IMG/VR virus record: IMGVR_UViG_3300045988_116984
Strand: one strand, 5' to 3'
Length of the DNA stretch: 64,000 nucleotides
DNA from: a virus
This document shows, piece after piece, positions 47,676-55,768 of this stretch; within the stretch, counting starts at the first letter, position 1, and each line of letters begins with the position of its first letter. The position numbers and the translations under genes are program-made. A model generated the notes under the pieces. The model was not told the origin of the DNA and did not search any database. It saw nothing but the letters and a program-made list of their open reading frames with translations.

Positions 47676-49325
47676 ATGTCTATCTATTCAGGTAGAACAC
47701 AAGTCCCATTCTATTATAGCTGTTACGGCTATACAAGAGGCGGAGGAAAAACATGGCATGGAGGTATTGATGTTGTTGGAGTTGACGATACTACAATACG
47801 CATGCCAGACTACGATGGTAAGTCAATTAGTGGTACAGTTGTTTCTTCTAGGATAGTTGATAAAAGTACAGGCGATTTGACATGGGAGTGGGGTTGGTAT
47901 GTTTGTGTCCAACTAGATGCTAACCAAACTCCTGATACCGTAAACTATCTATATTTTTGTCACAATGAAAGAAACCTAGTAACTGTTGGACAAAAAGTAA
48001 AGACTGGTGATGCTCTTGCTATTATGGGCAACAGTGGTAACGCGGCTTTAGCAAATCCTCCAATCAAACATTGTCACTTTGAAGTAAGAGCAACGAGAAG
48101 TGGAAAGGGACTCGACCCAACACATTATTCTGGGACAAAGAACGCAGTTGGCACATATGATTCGTCCAACTCAAATAGTGATTCTGGAAATACTAATGTT
48201 TTATATAATGGGATTGACGTTTCAAAATATCAGGGAGTAATCAATTGGCCACAAGTAAAAGCGGCTGGATATAAATTTGCGTTTATTCGAGTAGGGTATT
48301 GTGGATATGATGGACGTATTATTGATGGATACGACCCATATTATGAGACAAATATGAAGAACGCAATAGCGGCTGGAATAGACGTCGGTGTATATGTTTA
48401 CTCATATGCTAAGACAGTTGAAGCGGCTAAAATAGCGGCTCAAGATGTTATCAATAGGGTAAAACCATATACAGTAACAATGCCTATTGCTTTTGACTTC
48501 GAGGACAGTTCTCTATATTCAACGATAGGTAAAGCCGCGAATACAGAAATATGTAAGGCGTTTTTAAGCGAAGTACAAAGACTTGGATATTATTCAATGC
48601 TTTATACATATACAAACTTTGCCAATACGTTGCTTGATATGTCACAATTAAGTGCTTATGACATGTGGCTTGCTGACTATACAGGAAGTCCTGGATATTC
48701 TGGCTCTTATAGTATATGGCAATATAGCTCAAAAGGCTCTGTGGCTGGAATTAGCGGAAATTGTGACGTAAACTATGAATACAAAGACCACCCAGCTATT
48801 ATAAGAGCAGCTGGACTTAACGGATTGGGGGAACCAACTGTGGAGAAACTTACAAATACACTTCTTAGGGTATCAATGGTAGGAGAAAAGAATCCTAATC
48901 AATACTTCAACAGCAAAGACACAAATGATATTGTTGGGTATCTTGACATTGGTGACTATGAAGCAATTGAGAAAAATAGTGCTTTAGAGAATGGGTTCTG
49001 GTGGGTTAAATTTAAACATACAGACGGTAAAGAATATTGGGCTGTATATGACAACCATGACGGCGGAGCAATCAGTGACGGTAGAGCAGTGCTTGTAGCT
49101 GGTTCTATTAAACCCGACCCTGAACCCGAACCAGAGCCTACGCCTCCTGCCAGTGAACTTGTAAAACAAATCGAGGAATTGATGAAACAACTCGAAGATT
49201 TGATGAAGCAAGTTGATGATGCTTTGGCGAAAGCGAATGCTCTCGAAGAAGAAAACAAAAGACTTGTAGCTGAAAACGAACAGCTTAAAGCCAAAATTGA
49301 GGCGGCTAAGGCCGCTCTAGCATAA
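47676..49325 (+). CDS. multidomain endolysin: M23 peptidase + GH25 muramidase + SH3-like region + PEPE linker + coiled coil
   Basis: M23 motifs WHGGIDV and KHCHFEV. GH25 start NGIDVSKYQGVINWPQVKAAGYKFAFIRVGY. The C-terminus has PDPEPEPEPTPP followed by heptad-like ELVKQIEELMKQLEDLMKQVDD... Confidence 0.8.
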   Translation: MSIYSGRTQVPFYYSCYGYTRGGGKTWHGGIDVVGVDDTTIRMPDYDGKSISGTVVSSRIVDKSTGDLTWEWGWYVCVQLDANQTPDTVNYLYFCHNERNLVTVGQKVKTGDALAIMGNSGNAALANPPIKHCHFEVRATRSGKGLDPTHYSGTKNAVGTYDSSNSNSDSGNTNVLYNGIDVSKYQGVINWPQVKAAGYKFAFIRVGYCGYDGRIIDGYDPYYETNMKNAIAAGIDVGVYVYSYAKTVEAAKIAAQDVINRVKPYTVTMPIAFDFEDSSLYSTIGKAANTEICKAFLSEVQRLGYYSMLYTYTNFANTLLDMSQLSAYDMWLADYTGSPGYSGSYSIWQYSSKGSVAGISGNCDVNYEYKDHPAIIRAAGLNGLGEPTVEKLTNTLLRVSMVGEKNPNQYFNSKDTNDIVGYLDIGDYEAIEKNSALENGFWWVKFKHTDGKEYWAVYDNHDGGAISDGRAVLVAGSIKPDPEPEPEPTPPASELVKQIEELMKQLEDLMKQVDDALAKANALEEENKRLVAENEQLKAKIEAAKAALA

Positions 49326-49331
49326 AAAATT

Positions 49332-49359
49332 AAAGGCTAACCCGTATGGGTTAGCCTTT
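49332..49359. terminator. bidirectional terminator between convergent late and nucleotide-metabolism operons
   Basis: AAAGGCTAACCC-GTAT-GGGTTAGCCTTT, with A/T runs on both sides. Confidence 0.8.
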
Positions 49360-49382
49360 TTTACACGCCTATTTTATAATTA

Positions 49383-49949
49383 TTATTCTACCGATTCTAC
49401 ACTTTCTTCTGGAATAACTAGAGTATCTCTTTTAACAAATGAAACCTTGTACGGCAAGACAGCAATTGTCTTTTTATGTACGGTTTTTATTGTTTTTTCT
49501 CCGCTCTTTTCAACACTACATGTGTCAAAATCGCCATCTTCTGTATACAAAATACAGTTACCAATCTCAAACTTTAAGTCATAATACCAAAAATCTTCTT
49601 CATAGTTTTCTGGCTTAATTGCCTCTGGTAAATCCATATTCTTCCACAATGCTTCAAGCACACTTGTTGTGATAAAATCATCACAATCTTCATCATTATA
49701 TATTACAGCGCATCGTGTGGCATTAAACTCAATATCATTGTTAAAATATACTTCAAGCGAGCGTTCGTATTTATTGTCATTTGATATTTGTCTGCCAATA
49801 AAAGGAAGCTCAAAATGAATAGTATTTTCAAGTGTATTTAGTGTGTTTTTATTCTCATAAGCAATATCGAAATCTTTGATATAAAAAGAATCATCTTTCA
49901 TATTATCTAGATTTCCATATATTTCCTTTACAAATTTAATTGAACGCAT
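49383..49949 (-). CDS. acidic hypothetical protein
   Basis: 188-aa ORF, the last gene of the leftward operon. No motif recognised. Confidence 0.4.
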   Translation of the reverse strand: MRSIKFVKEIYGNLDNMKDDSFYIKDFDIAYENKNTLNTLENTIHFELPFIGRQISNDNKYERSLEVYFNNDIEFNATRCAVIYNDEDCDDFITTSVLEALWKNMDLPEAIKPENYEEDFWYYDLKFEIGNCILYTEDGDFDTCSVEKSGEKTIKTVHKKTIAVLPYKVSFVKRDTLVIPEESVESVE

Positions 49950-49952
49950 ATC

Positions 49953-50144
49953 TTACTCCTCGGCTTTATAATATAGCCCGCAATGGCAATATCCAGTGGT
50001 ATTTTGATTTACAAATTCCTCGCACATACATTTATTCTCTTTTAGTTTTCCAAGCTTACATGGGCAATATCCGTCTTTTTTCTTCAAAGCTTCTCTTATT
50101 TTTGATTCATGTTCTTTATCATCGGTTACAAATATTTTAAGCAT
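49953..50144 (-). CDS. ferredoxin:thioredoxin reductase catalytic-subunit-like small Fe-S/disulfide protein
   Basis: Cys pattern CPC-x10-CMC-x11-CHC (GYCPCKLG...KCMCEEF...GYCHCGLY) resembles the CPC...CPC...CHC signature of FTR catalytic chains. Its start overlaps the nrdG stop (ATGCTTAA). Confidence 0.5.
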   Translation of the reverse strand: MLKIFVTDDKEHESKIREALKKKDGYCPCKLGKLKENKCMCEEFVNQNTTGYCHCGLYYKAEE

Positions 50145-50622
50145 TATATGATTTCCTAAATAAATGTGTTAAATCTTCAAATTCTTTATTTTTTATATGA
50201 TAGAATTTTTGATTTGTTTTCCCCGAATCGAGTCCACCATACTCTTTAATATAAGGGCCAATCTTCAAATAATCAATAATATTGTCGTTAATTAAATCTG
50301 CGAAAGAAGTTATGCTTTGTAGTCCACTATAAATACATGTTTTTAGATTCGGATATTTTTCTTTGATTGACTTTATAAATAGATAAAGTTCTTCTATATT
50401 TTGGTCGCCGCCCATAAAACAAACACATGTAATAAATGTATTATATCTATCAATTATTTTTAAATAATCCTCTTTTACATATTTACCAACATAATCCCAT
50501 AGATATTTAGAGTGGCAACCCTCACATTTGTGAGGGCAACCACTAATATTGAACACAAGAGTTGTTTCGTTCGGTACTTCTTGGAACACTATATCATAAG
50601 AACAATATTTTAGATTAAGCAT
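50137..50622 (-). CDS. nrdG: anaerobic ribonucleotide reductase activating protein (radical SAM)
   Basis: CPHKCEGC radical-SAM CxxxCxxC cluster near the N-terminus. The ATG at 50622 overlaps the nrdD stop (ATGCTTAA). Confidence 0.8.
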   Translation of the reverse strand: MLNLKYCSYDIVFQEVPNETTLVFNISGCPHKCEGCHSKYLWDYVGKYVKEDYLKIIDRYNTFITCVCFMGGDQNIEELYLFIKSIKEKYPNLKTCIYSGLQSITSFADLINDNIIDYLKIGPYIKEYGGLDSGKTNQKFYHIKNKEFEDLTHLFRKSYNA

Positions 50623-51061
50623 AATATCTATCACGTTCTTCTTTTTGACGCGCCTCAGAGAAGTTTGATACACGTTTCAAATACCCAATTACTCTAGTGG
50701 CATAATCAAGATTTTCGCTTCCGCATTTTGGACATTTATTTAAACGATGTTTACTAATATGGCCACATTCGTTACAGATTGTATTTGGAACATTGAATGT
50801 AAAATACGAACATCCTGTTGACATTGCGGTATCGAGCAAATGTTTATACTGTTCTTTTGTAAGGTGTTCGTTCAGATTGGCATGAAGGGCGCTACCACCA
50901 TCAAGATATTTTGTTAGCTTTTCTCCATGTAATATAAACTTATCAATAAGATTTACACTATCATCTTCCACACGATAGAAATAACTATTATAACACTCTC
51001 TTGGTACATATAGCCCATCTTTTTTATCCCAGCCTGAATTTTTAACGCCTAGATTTTCCGC
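50615..51061 (-). CDS. nrdD: anaerobic (class III) ribonucleotide reductase, exon 2
   Basis: It begins AENLGVKN, completing the conserved ..vPAE.lgvk block. It has the Zn-ribbon CNECGH...CPKCG and the glycyl-radical motif TRVIGYL. Confidence 0.8.
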   Translation of the reverse strand, partial: AENLGVKNSGWDKKDGLYVPRECYNSYFYRVEDDSVNLIDKFILHGEKLTKYLDGGSALHANLNEHLTKEQYKHLLDTAMSTGCSYFTFNVPNTICNECGHISKHRLNKCPKCGSENLDYATRVIGYLKRVSNFSEARQKEERDRYYA

Positions 51062-51952
51062 CATTCTGTTGCTTTTATGACCTACATCAATTCTTTTTCA
51101 GCATTAGTACGTGCTTCTAATGCTAACTCATAAGTTTCAAACGTACCTAAGTAGTGCGTTTTATAATTTTTTGTGATTGTGACTTGATATTTACCAGAAG
51201 GAACTCTTTTTATCCCTTTTCTATCAATTGATTGGTTCCTAATGTTATCAGAATGTTCTATTACCCTAAGATTATTTTTACGGTTATCCATTCCGTTTCT
51301 ATTTATATGGTCTATATCTTTGTCACCATAATAATTAAGAATAAATCTATGTAAGAACGTTTGTTTTCCATTTATATTAGTCATAGCATAATTTGTATTT
51401 TTGCTTCTTTTTATGTGCCATTTACGCTCTAAGCAACGTTGTAAATCATCTGTGTCTATTATAGCTCTGCCAATCTCTTTACAATTCTTATCATTAATTA
51501 TAATTTCTGAATAATCATCAAATATAATATAATCGTTTTTATCATAAATGGTTTTATCTAAGAAGCCGCCATGTCTATATAATTGTGTTATATGGCGAGT
51601 ACATAAGTTCATGCCCCTAATCGTTCTTATGCGTTTCTTATCGCTTGTTATTCCACATACGTCACACTCTATAATTTATACTCCTTTCTATATTTTAATA
51701 GCACGTTTTATGATGTAGGCGGTGATGGTTCTTCCAAGAGTGTCTTTACACTCGACCATCACTCACTATGTTACCATAGTGTTCAGACTATCGCACCAGC
51801 ACCTAAGTGCTGCTTCTTCATTTAGTCGTTCACGCTGCCATTACGCTTGCGCCCTGTTATCCAACTGTAAAGACAATTGGAACTCCAAGTCAATTAGAAG
51901 AAGTTTTTATATGACAGTTTATGTATTATGCTGCCAAGTGCCCACTCATTTT
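51062..51952 (-). mobile_element. group I intron in nrdD carrying an HNH homing-endonuclease ORF
   Basis: It splits the conserved FVP|AENLG block. Exon 1 ends in U (..GTGCCT) and the intron ends in G (..CAGAATG). The intron contains GCGATAGTCTGAAC, a J8/7-P7-like core, and many hairpins. Confidence 0.7.
51082..51612 (-). CDS. HNH homing endonuclease with AP2-like DNA-binding domain (intron-encoded)
   Basis: HRFILNYYGDKDIDHINRNGMDNRKNNLRVIEHSDN is the HNH motif. The C-terminal KRVPSGKYQVTITKNYKTHYLGTFETYELALEAR is AP2-like. Confidence 0.8.
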   Translation of the reverse strand: MNLCTRHITQLYRHGGFLDKTIYDKNDYIIFDDYSEIIINDKNCKEIGRAIIDTDDLQRCLERKWHIKRSKNTNYAMTNINGKQTFLHRFILNYYGDKDIDHINRNGMDNRKNNLRVIEHSDNIRNQSIDRKGIKRVPSGKYQVTITKNYKTHYLGTFETYELALEARTNAEKELM

Positions 51953-53356
51953 AGGCACAAATTCGGTATTAAACATTATTTCGGATGTTCTGTCTCTTTT
52001 GTTTATAGTATAAATAGGTTTAAGAATAGCTTCTCCATATTTGAAATATTCTTCATTTACAGTAGGTTGAATCCCTAAAAATTCTGCTCCCTCTACAAAT
52101 CCATTAATTCCAATAGTAAGATACTGTTTTTCCATCGAAATATATCCGGCATCATATACTGGAAGCATATGGTTTTTGAGGTTGTCTTTTACAATTTCGT
52201 TATACGAAATCATATATTTATGAATTTTTTCTACCTGTTCAGCTACTCTTTCACTAATATCTTCAAGCGTAATTTTGCCTTTTTCTTTTGCTAAATTTTG
52301 AATAAGTCTATTGAGGTTGATGGTCATAACGCCTTTACTGCCTGTACTTATTCCACCAGCACCAAGCGTGTATGAAAACGTGTTCTCTGTCACTTCGTTC
52401 TTTAAACGACAGCACGATGCTAATGCGTCAACACTATTACTCGTATAGCAGAAAAATGAATGTCCTTCGCTCCACATTTCGGCCGTGAAATCATACCATT
52501 CTTTATCTACATATTCTGTGCCATTATTGAGCAGATTGACAGTTTCAACTGGGAATGTAAGAATTTTCTTCAATCGCTCAGCGTTAAACCATTTCATAAA
52601 CTTCTTTTGAAGCCAATTTACGCTTTCCCAGATTGGAGAAGAACCATCAGGGAATACAAACTCACTAAACATCCCATCGAAGTATGGTTTATCAAAATAA
52701 GCTATATTCCAGAATACTGACTGAAAGTTTCTGGCACCAGCAGGGTCGTTTATTGTATAGACAACTTGTTGAAATTTGTTTTCAATAAGATTTTCTAGAG
52801 ACTTTGGCTCTTTACCAAGAATAACATTATCAGAAACATGTTTATAGTAGTCGTCACCAAAATCCTTCCTGATAAAGTAATCCATATACATAAGGAACTC
52901 TGGTGTGGCAACTGCTCCAGCGAATTGTGAAGCAACAGCGTATACAAGATTAACGAAACTTCCGCAGAATGAATCAAGATGTTTCGGAGCTTCTGAATTT
53001 CCTCCGATATTTGTTGTGCCACTGAACAAGAATGGATACATTGTTATGCTTACACAATAAGGCAACATGGGATTCGTTTCGTCATGCCTATAAATCTCGT
53101 GCGAATCTAGTTGACGAATGTATTCTTCAGCCAGTTCTTCTCCATAAAGCTCCGTAATCTTATTAATCATAAGAAGCCGGTTTGTGCCAATTGCTTCTTT
53201 TTTATACATTTCGCCGGTACAAGTCGTTACGTTTTTATGCTCTACATTAGCATTGGAATCAACTTCGCTTCCGCTTGAAGCATTTACTGCTTTACGATAT
53301 CTGTCGATGAAATTAAGGTATTTTGTGTATTGATTCTTATACTTCTCTATTCCCAT
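51953..53356 (-). CDS. nrdD: anaerobic (class III) ribonucleotide reductase, exon 1
   Basis: 468 codons ending ...EIMFNTEFVP. The in-frame read-through (KMSGHLAA then stop) is intron sequence. Confidence 0.8.
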
Positions 53357-53359
53357 TTG

Positions 53360-53566
53360 TTAATCCCCCATGCTATTTATTAAATTATAAGCATCCCGAA
53401 AGTTGTACAGTTTTCCATCAACTGATAACATCGGCATACTTGTAAAACCGAGCTTAATCATTTCATTTTCATCTGTAAAAATATCATAATCGACGTTTTT
53501 TGACCTCAATATTTTTTCAAGTATAATACACTGTGGACAATGATTAGAATATAAAATTACTTTCAT
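53360..53566 (-). CDS. nrdH: NrdH/glutaredoxin-like redoxin
   Basis: MKVILYSNHCPQCIILEKIL... has a CPQC active site. GGAGA RBS before the ATG at 53566. Confidence 0.7.
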   Translation of the reverse strand: MKVILYSNHCPQCIILEKILRSKNVDYDIFTDENEMIKLGFTSMPMLSVDGKLYNFRDAYNLINSMGD

Positions 53567-53579
53567 AGCTTCTCCAATA

Positions 53580-54029
53580 TTAGTTTGTTTCATCGGAATA
53601 TACAACAACGCCGTTTACAGTATATGTGCTTGTTTTTTCTACGCACAAATTATACATAACTTCCACTACATTTTCCGAAACACTTACGCTAACTATATTA
53701 CTATAACTAGACAAATCATCTTCTTTTCTATTAGCCAGCAATATATGATGGTTAAACGTTATATTTCTTGCTTCAACCCATCCAGCCTCGAATGTAAAGA
53801 ATTTGTGCTCCGGAGCACAAATAATTGGTTCATCAATTCCGTTTACTGTAAAAACAAGGATATGTCCACTGTATATATGGCTAACGACATTATTTACTCG
53901 ATTGTATGTTAAGTCGTGCGACAAAACCATGTCACCGACTTTTATATCTTCAATGTTATGTATTCCACGGTTTGTAATAACTTTATGCCCAGCCATGAAA
54001 CAGTCGGAACTACAACTGCTCAATAACAT
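53580..54029 (-). CDS. free-standing degenerate Hint (intein-like) domain protein
   Basis: MLLSSCSSD is followed by CFMAGHKVITNRG..IEDIKVGDMVLSHD (block A/N2-like), ICAPEHKF (block B-like) and VMYNLCVEKTSTYTVNGVVVYS (block F/G-like). The terminal His-Asn is replaced by Tyr-Ser, and no C-extein follows. Confidence 0.6.
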   Translation of the reverse strand: MLLSSCSSDCFMAGHKVITNRGIHNIEDIKVGDMVLSHDLTYNRVNNVVSHIYSGHILVFTVNGIDEPIICAPEHKFFTFEAGWVEARNITFNHHILLANRKEDDLSSYSNIVSVSVSENVVEVMYNLCVEKTSTYTVNGVVVYSDETN

Positions 54030-54037
54030 TACCACCT

Positions 54038-54211
54038 TTATTGTTTATCTATCCATGCCAATGCCGCATTGTAATTGTACAAAGTTCCATTTACACTTAT
54101 AGAATATTCAGTATCACCCGCAGGAACTTCTGTATATTCTATTTTCTTGATATTTAAAAAGGCTTTTATATCTTGATAATATAAAGAGCCATCATCATAT
54201 AGTATTACCAT
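54038..54211 (-). CDS. glutaredoxin-fold paralogue lacking the CxxC site
   Basis: MVILYDDGSLYYQDIKAFL...VNGTLYNYNAALAWI aligns with the NrdH-like ORF, but GSLY replaces CPQC. Confidence 0.4.
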   Translation of the reverse strand: MVILYDDGSLYYQDIKAFLNIKKIEYTEVPAGDTEYSISVNGTLYNYNAALAWIDKQ

Positions 54212-54698
54212 CTGTGCTTCCAAAACCACCGTTTCTTTCTTTGTCAACAGAATCATCATCTGTCGTATAGAATTTACTAAACACTCCCTGTACAAACCCT
54301 TTACCAGCGGGCACTTCAACATCTACGCCTTTTCTGTTATCGTTTATCATTGTAATTGATATATGTCCCTCGTTATCCGAGAAAACAAAATCGCTATCCA
54401 CAATACCAACTACATTGTTTAACTGAAGCCTATTTCTAATTCCAAGTCCACTTCTTGGATAAATCATAAGAACAATATCTTCTGGCATATAACATCGAAT
54501 ACCAGTCGGTATTGATATTTCTTCTCCGGCCTTTAAAGCAATATCAAAAGGAGCAAAAAAGTCATAACCTGCAGAACCTTTTGTGGCGCGTTTTGGCAAT
54601 TTAATATTATCATACGCTTTCTTAGATTCTTCATCACTAAAAAACGGAGTGGATTTCCTAAATTCTTCAAAACTTACTTTTTTAAAAGCTATATACAT
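54195..54698 (-). CDS. dut: dUTP diphosphatase (trimeric dUTPase)
   Basis: Motifs GSAGYDF, YPRSGLG, GIVDSDF and the C-terminal NGGFGSTD. AAGGAG RBS. Confidence 0.85.
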   Translation of the reverse strand: MYIAFKKVSFEEFRKSTPFFSDEESKKAYDNIKLPKRATKGSAGYDFFAPFDIALKAGEEISIPTGIRCYMPEDIVLMIYPRSGLGIRNRLQLNNVVGIVDSDFVFSDNEGHISITMINDNRKGVDVEVPAGKGFVQGVFSKFYTTDDDSVDKERNGGFGSTDGNTI

Positions 54699-54708
54699 TT
54701 AATGCTCC

Positions 54709-54867
54709 TTAAATATCACCTATAAATAATCTATCTACATTTCCGCAATCACTACAAGTCACGACAACACAGTTTTCATCGGCGTCGTATTCAAGCTCGT
54801 ACTTGTCTGAATCGCACATTTTACAATAAATTTCAAAATCAAACGTTTCATTCTCGAAAGTCAACAT
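54709..54867 (-). CDS. small zinc-ribbon protein (52 aa), first gene of the leftward early operon
   Basis: Below the ORF-track cutoff. AAGGTGGTG RBS. Translation is MLTFENETFDFEIYCKMCDSDKYELEYDADENCVVVTCSDCGNVDRLFIGDI (CxxC...CxxC). Confidence 0.55.
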   Translation of the reverse strand: MLTFENETFDFEIYCKMCDSDKYELEYDADENCVVVTCSDCGNVDRLFIGDI

Positions 54868-54896
54868 TTTCACCACCTTTGAGGGAAAGTAATCAT

Positions 54897-54925
54897 ATTA
54901 TACCACAAAATTGTTTATTTGTCAA
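54897..54925 (-). promoter_or_regulatory. leftward sigma-A-type promoter PL1
   Basis: On the minus strand: TTGACA, a 17-nt spacer ending TGTGG (extended -10 TGn), then TATAAT. Confidence 0.75.
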
Positions 54926-55021
54926 TACCATAATTGTGAAAGATTTGTAAACAAATTGTGAACAACTATACATATTTTTCATATTCTCAGCCTTGAAGAA
55001 GTAATTTATTGCTATGTTTGT

Positions 55022-55050
55022 ATTATAACATATCTTGCTGTAAAAGTCAA
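55022..55050 (-). promoter_or_regulatory. leftward sigma-A-type promoter PL2
   Basis: On the minus strand: TTGACT, 17 nt, then TATAAT (ttgacttttacagcaagatatgttataat). Confidence 0.7.
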
Positions 55051-55092
55051 TACCTTAATTGTAAATAAATTATTAACAAATTACTGCAATAT

Positions 55093-55668
55093 TATTATAA
55101 GCTTATAGATTTATACGCTTGTATTACAAGCTAGTCTATAATATAGGCTTATATACTAGCTTATATTTCTATACGCTTATCTACACGTTTATAAAACTAT
55201 ACGCTTGTAATATAATATATATTATATAAACAAAAAAACTAAATATTATATTAAAACGGTAGTTACTACTTTGAGCGTATAGAAAAGCTTATAGTATGAC
55301 AAGCTTATATACAAGCTTATAGATTTATACGCTTATAATACTAACTTATAAATCTATAAGCGTATATTACTAGCTTGTAGTATTATAAGCTAGTAATATA
55401 TATTATTATATATAAATATATAATTATAAGCTTATATTATATACTAGTTTGTAATATAAGCTTATAATACTACAAGCTAGTTACATGATTGTCATACTAT
55501 AAGCTTTTCTATACGCTCAAAGTAGTAACATCTTTTTAAATATTATATTATTTTTTTGTTTATATAATATATATTATACTACAAGCTTGTAGTATTATTA
55601 GCTTATATATAAGCTTATATTATAGACTAGCTTATAATACAAGCGTATAAATCTATAAGCTTATATTA
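55093..55668. repeat. ~600-bp imperfect composite palindrome built from AGCT-core dyad boxes (candidate origin / centromere-like / regulator array)
   Basis: Outer arms 55093-55155 and 55604-55668 match as inverted repeats apart from 2-3 mismatches. The 40-nt arms 55263-55302 and 55489-55528 are identical inverted repeats, as are the 22-nt arms 55368-55389 and 55461-55482. The region holds 10 AAGCTT cores plus about 9 one-off variants and has no ORF. Confidence 0.85.
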
Positions 55669-55739
55669 CAAGCATATAGCATTACAGGCTTGTAACTGTA
55701 TTACAGTAGTTTGTTCACAAATTATTTACAATTGAGGTA

Positions 55740-55768
55740 TTGACTTCTTCTCGGCAATGTGGTATAAT
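55740..55768 (+). promoter_or_regulatory. rightward sigma-A-type promoter PR1
   Basis: TTGACT, a 17-nt spacer ending TGTGG, then TATAAT. Confidence 0.75.

Noticed and set aside
51722-52078. 118-aa plus-strand ORF.
   Set aside because: It lies antisense to the structured 5' part of the nrdD intron and the end of exon 1. There is no RBS and no plausible context.
54926-55015. 29-codon ORF (MKNMYSCSQFVYKSFTIMVLTNKQFCGII) in the PL2 leader.
   Set aside because: The RBS is weak or absent. The ORF reads through the PL1 promoter elements, so it is most likely non-coding leader.
55093-55668. Possible CRISPR array or hairpin-telomere resolution site (tel) in the repeat region.
   Set aside because: It is not CRISPR. 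The repeats are short dyads in inverted, nested arrangement, with no regular repeat-spacer periodicity, and no cas genes are present. A protelomerase target is unlikely because the palindrome centre is imperfect and the nested arms have different centres. The only tyrosine recombinase (348 aa) is much smaller than the protelomerases I know. I keep this only as a remote alternative.
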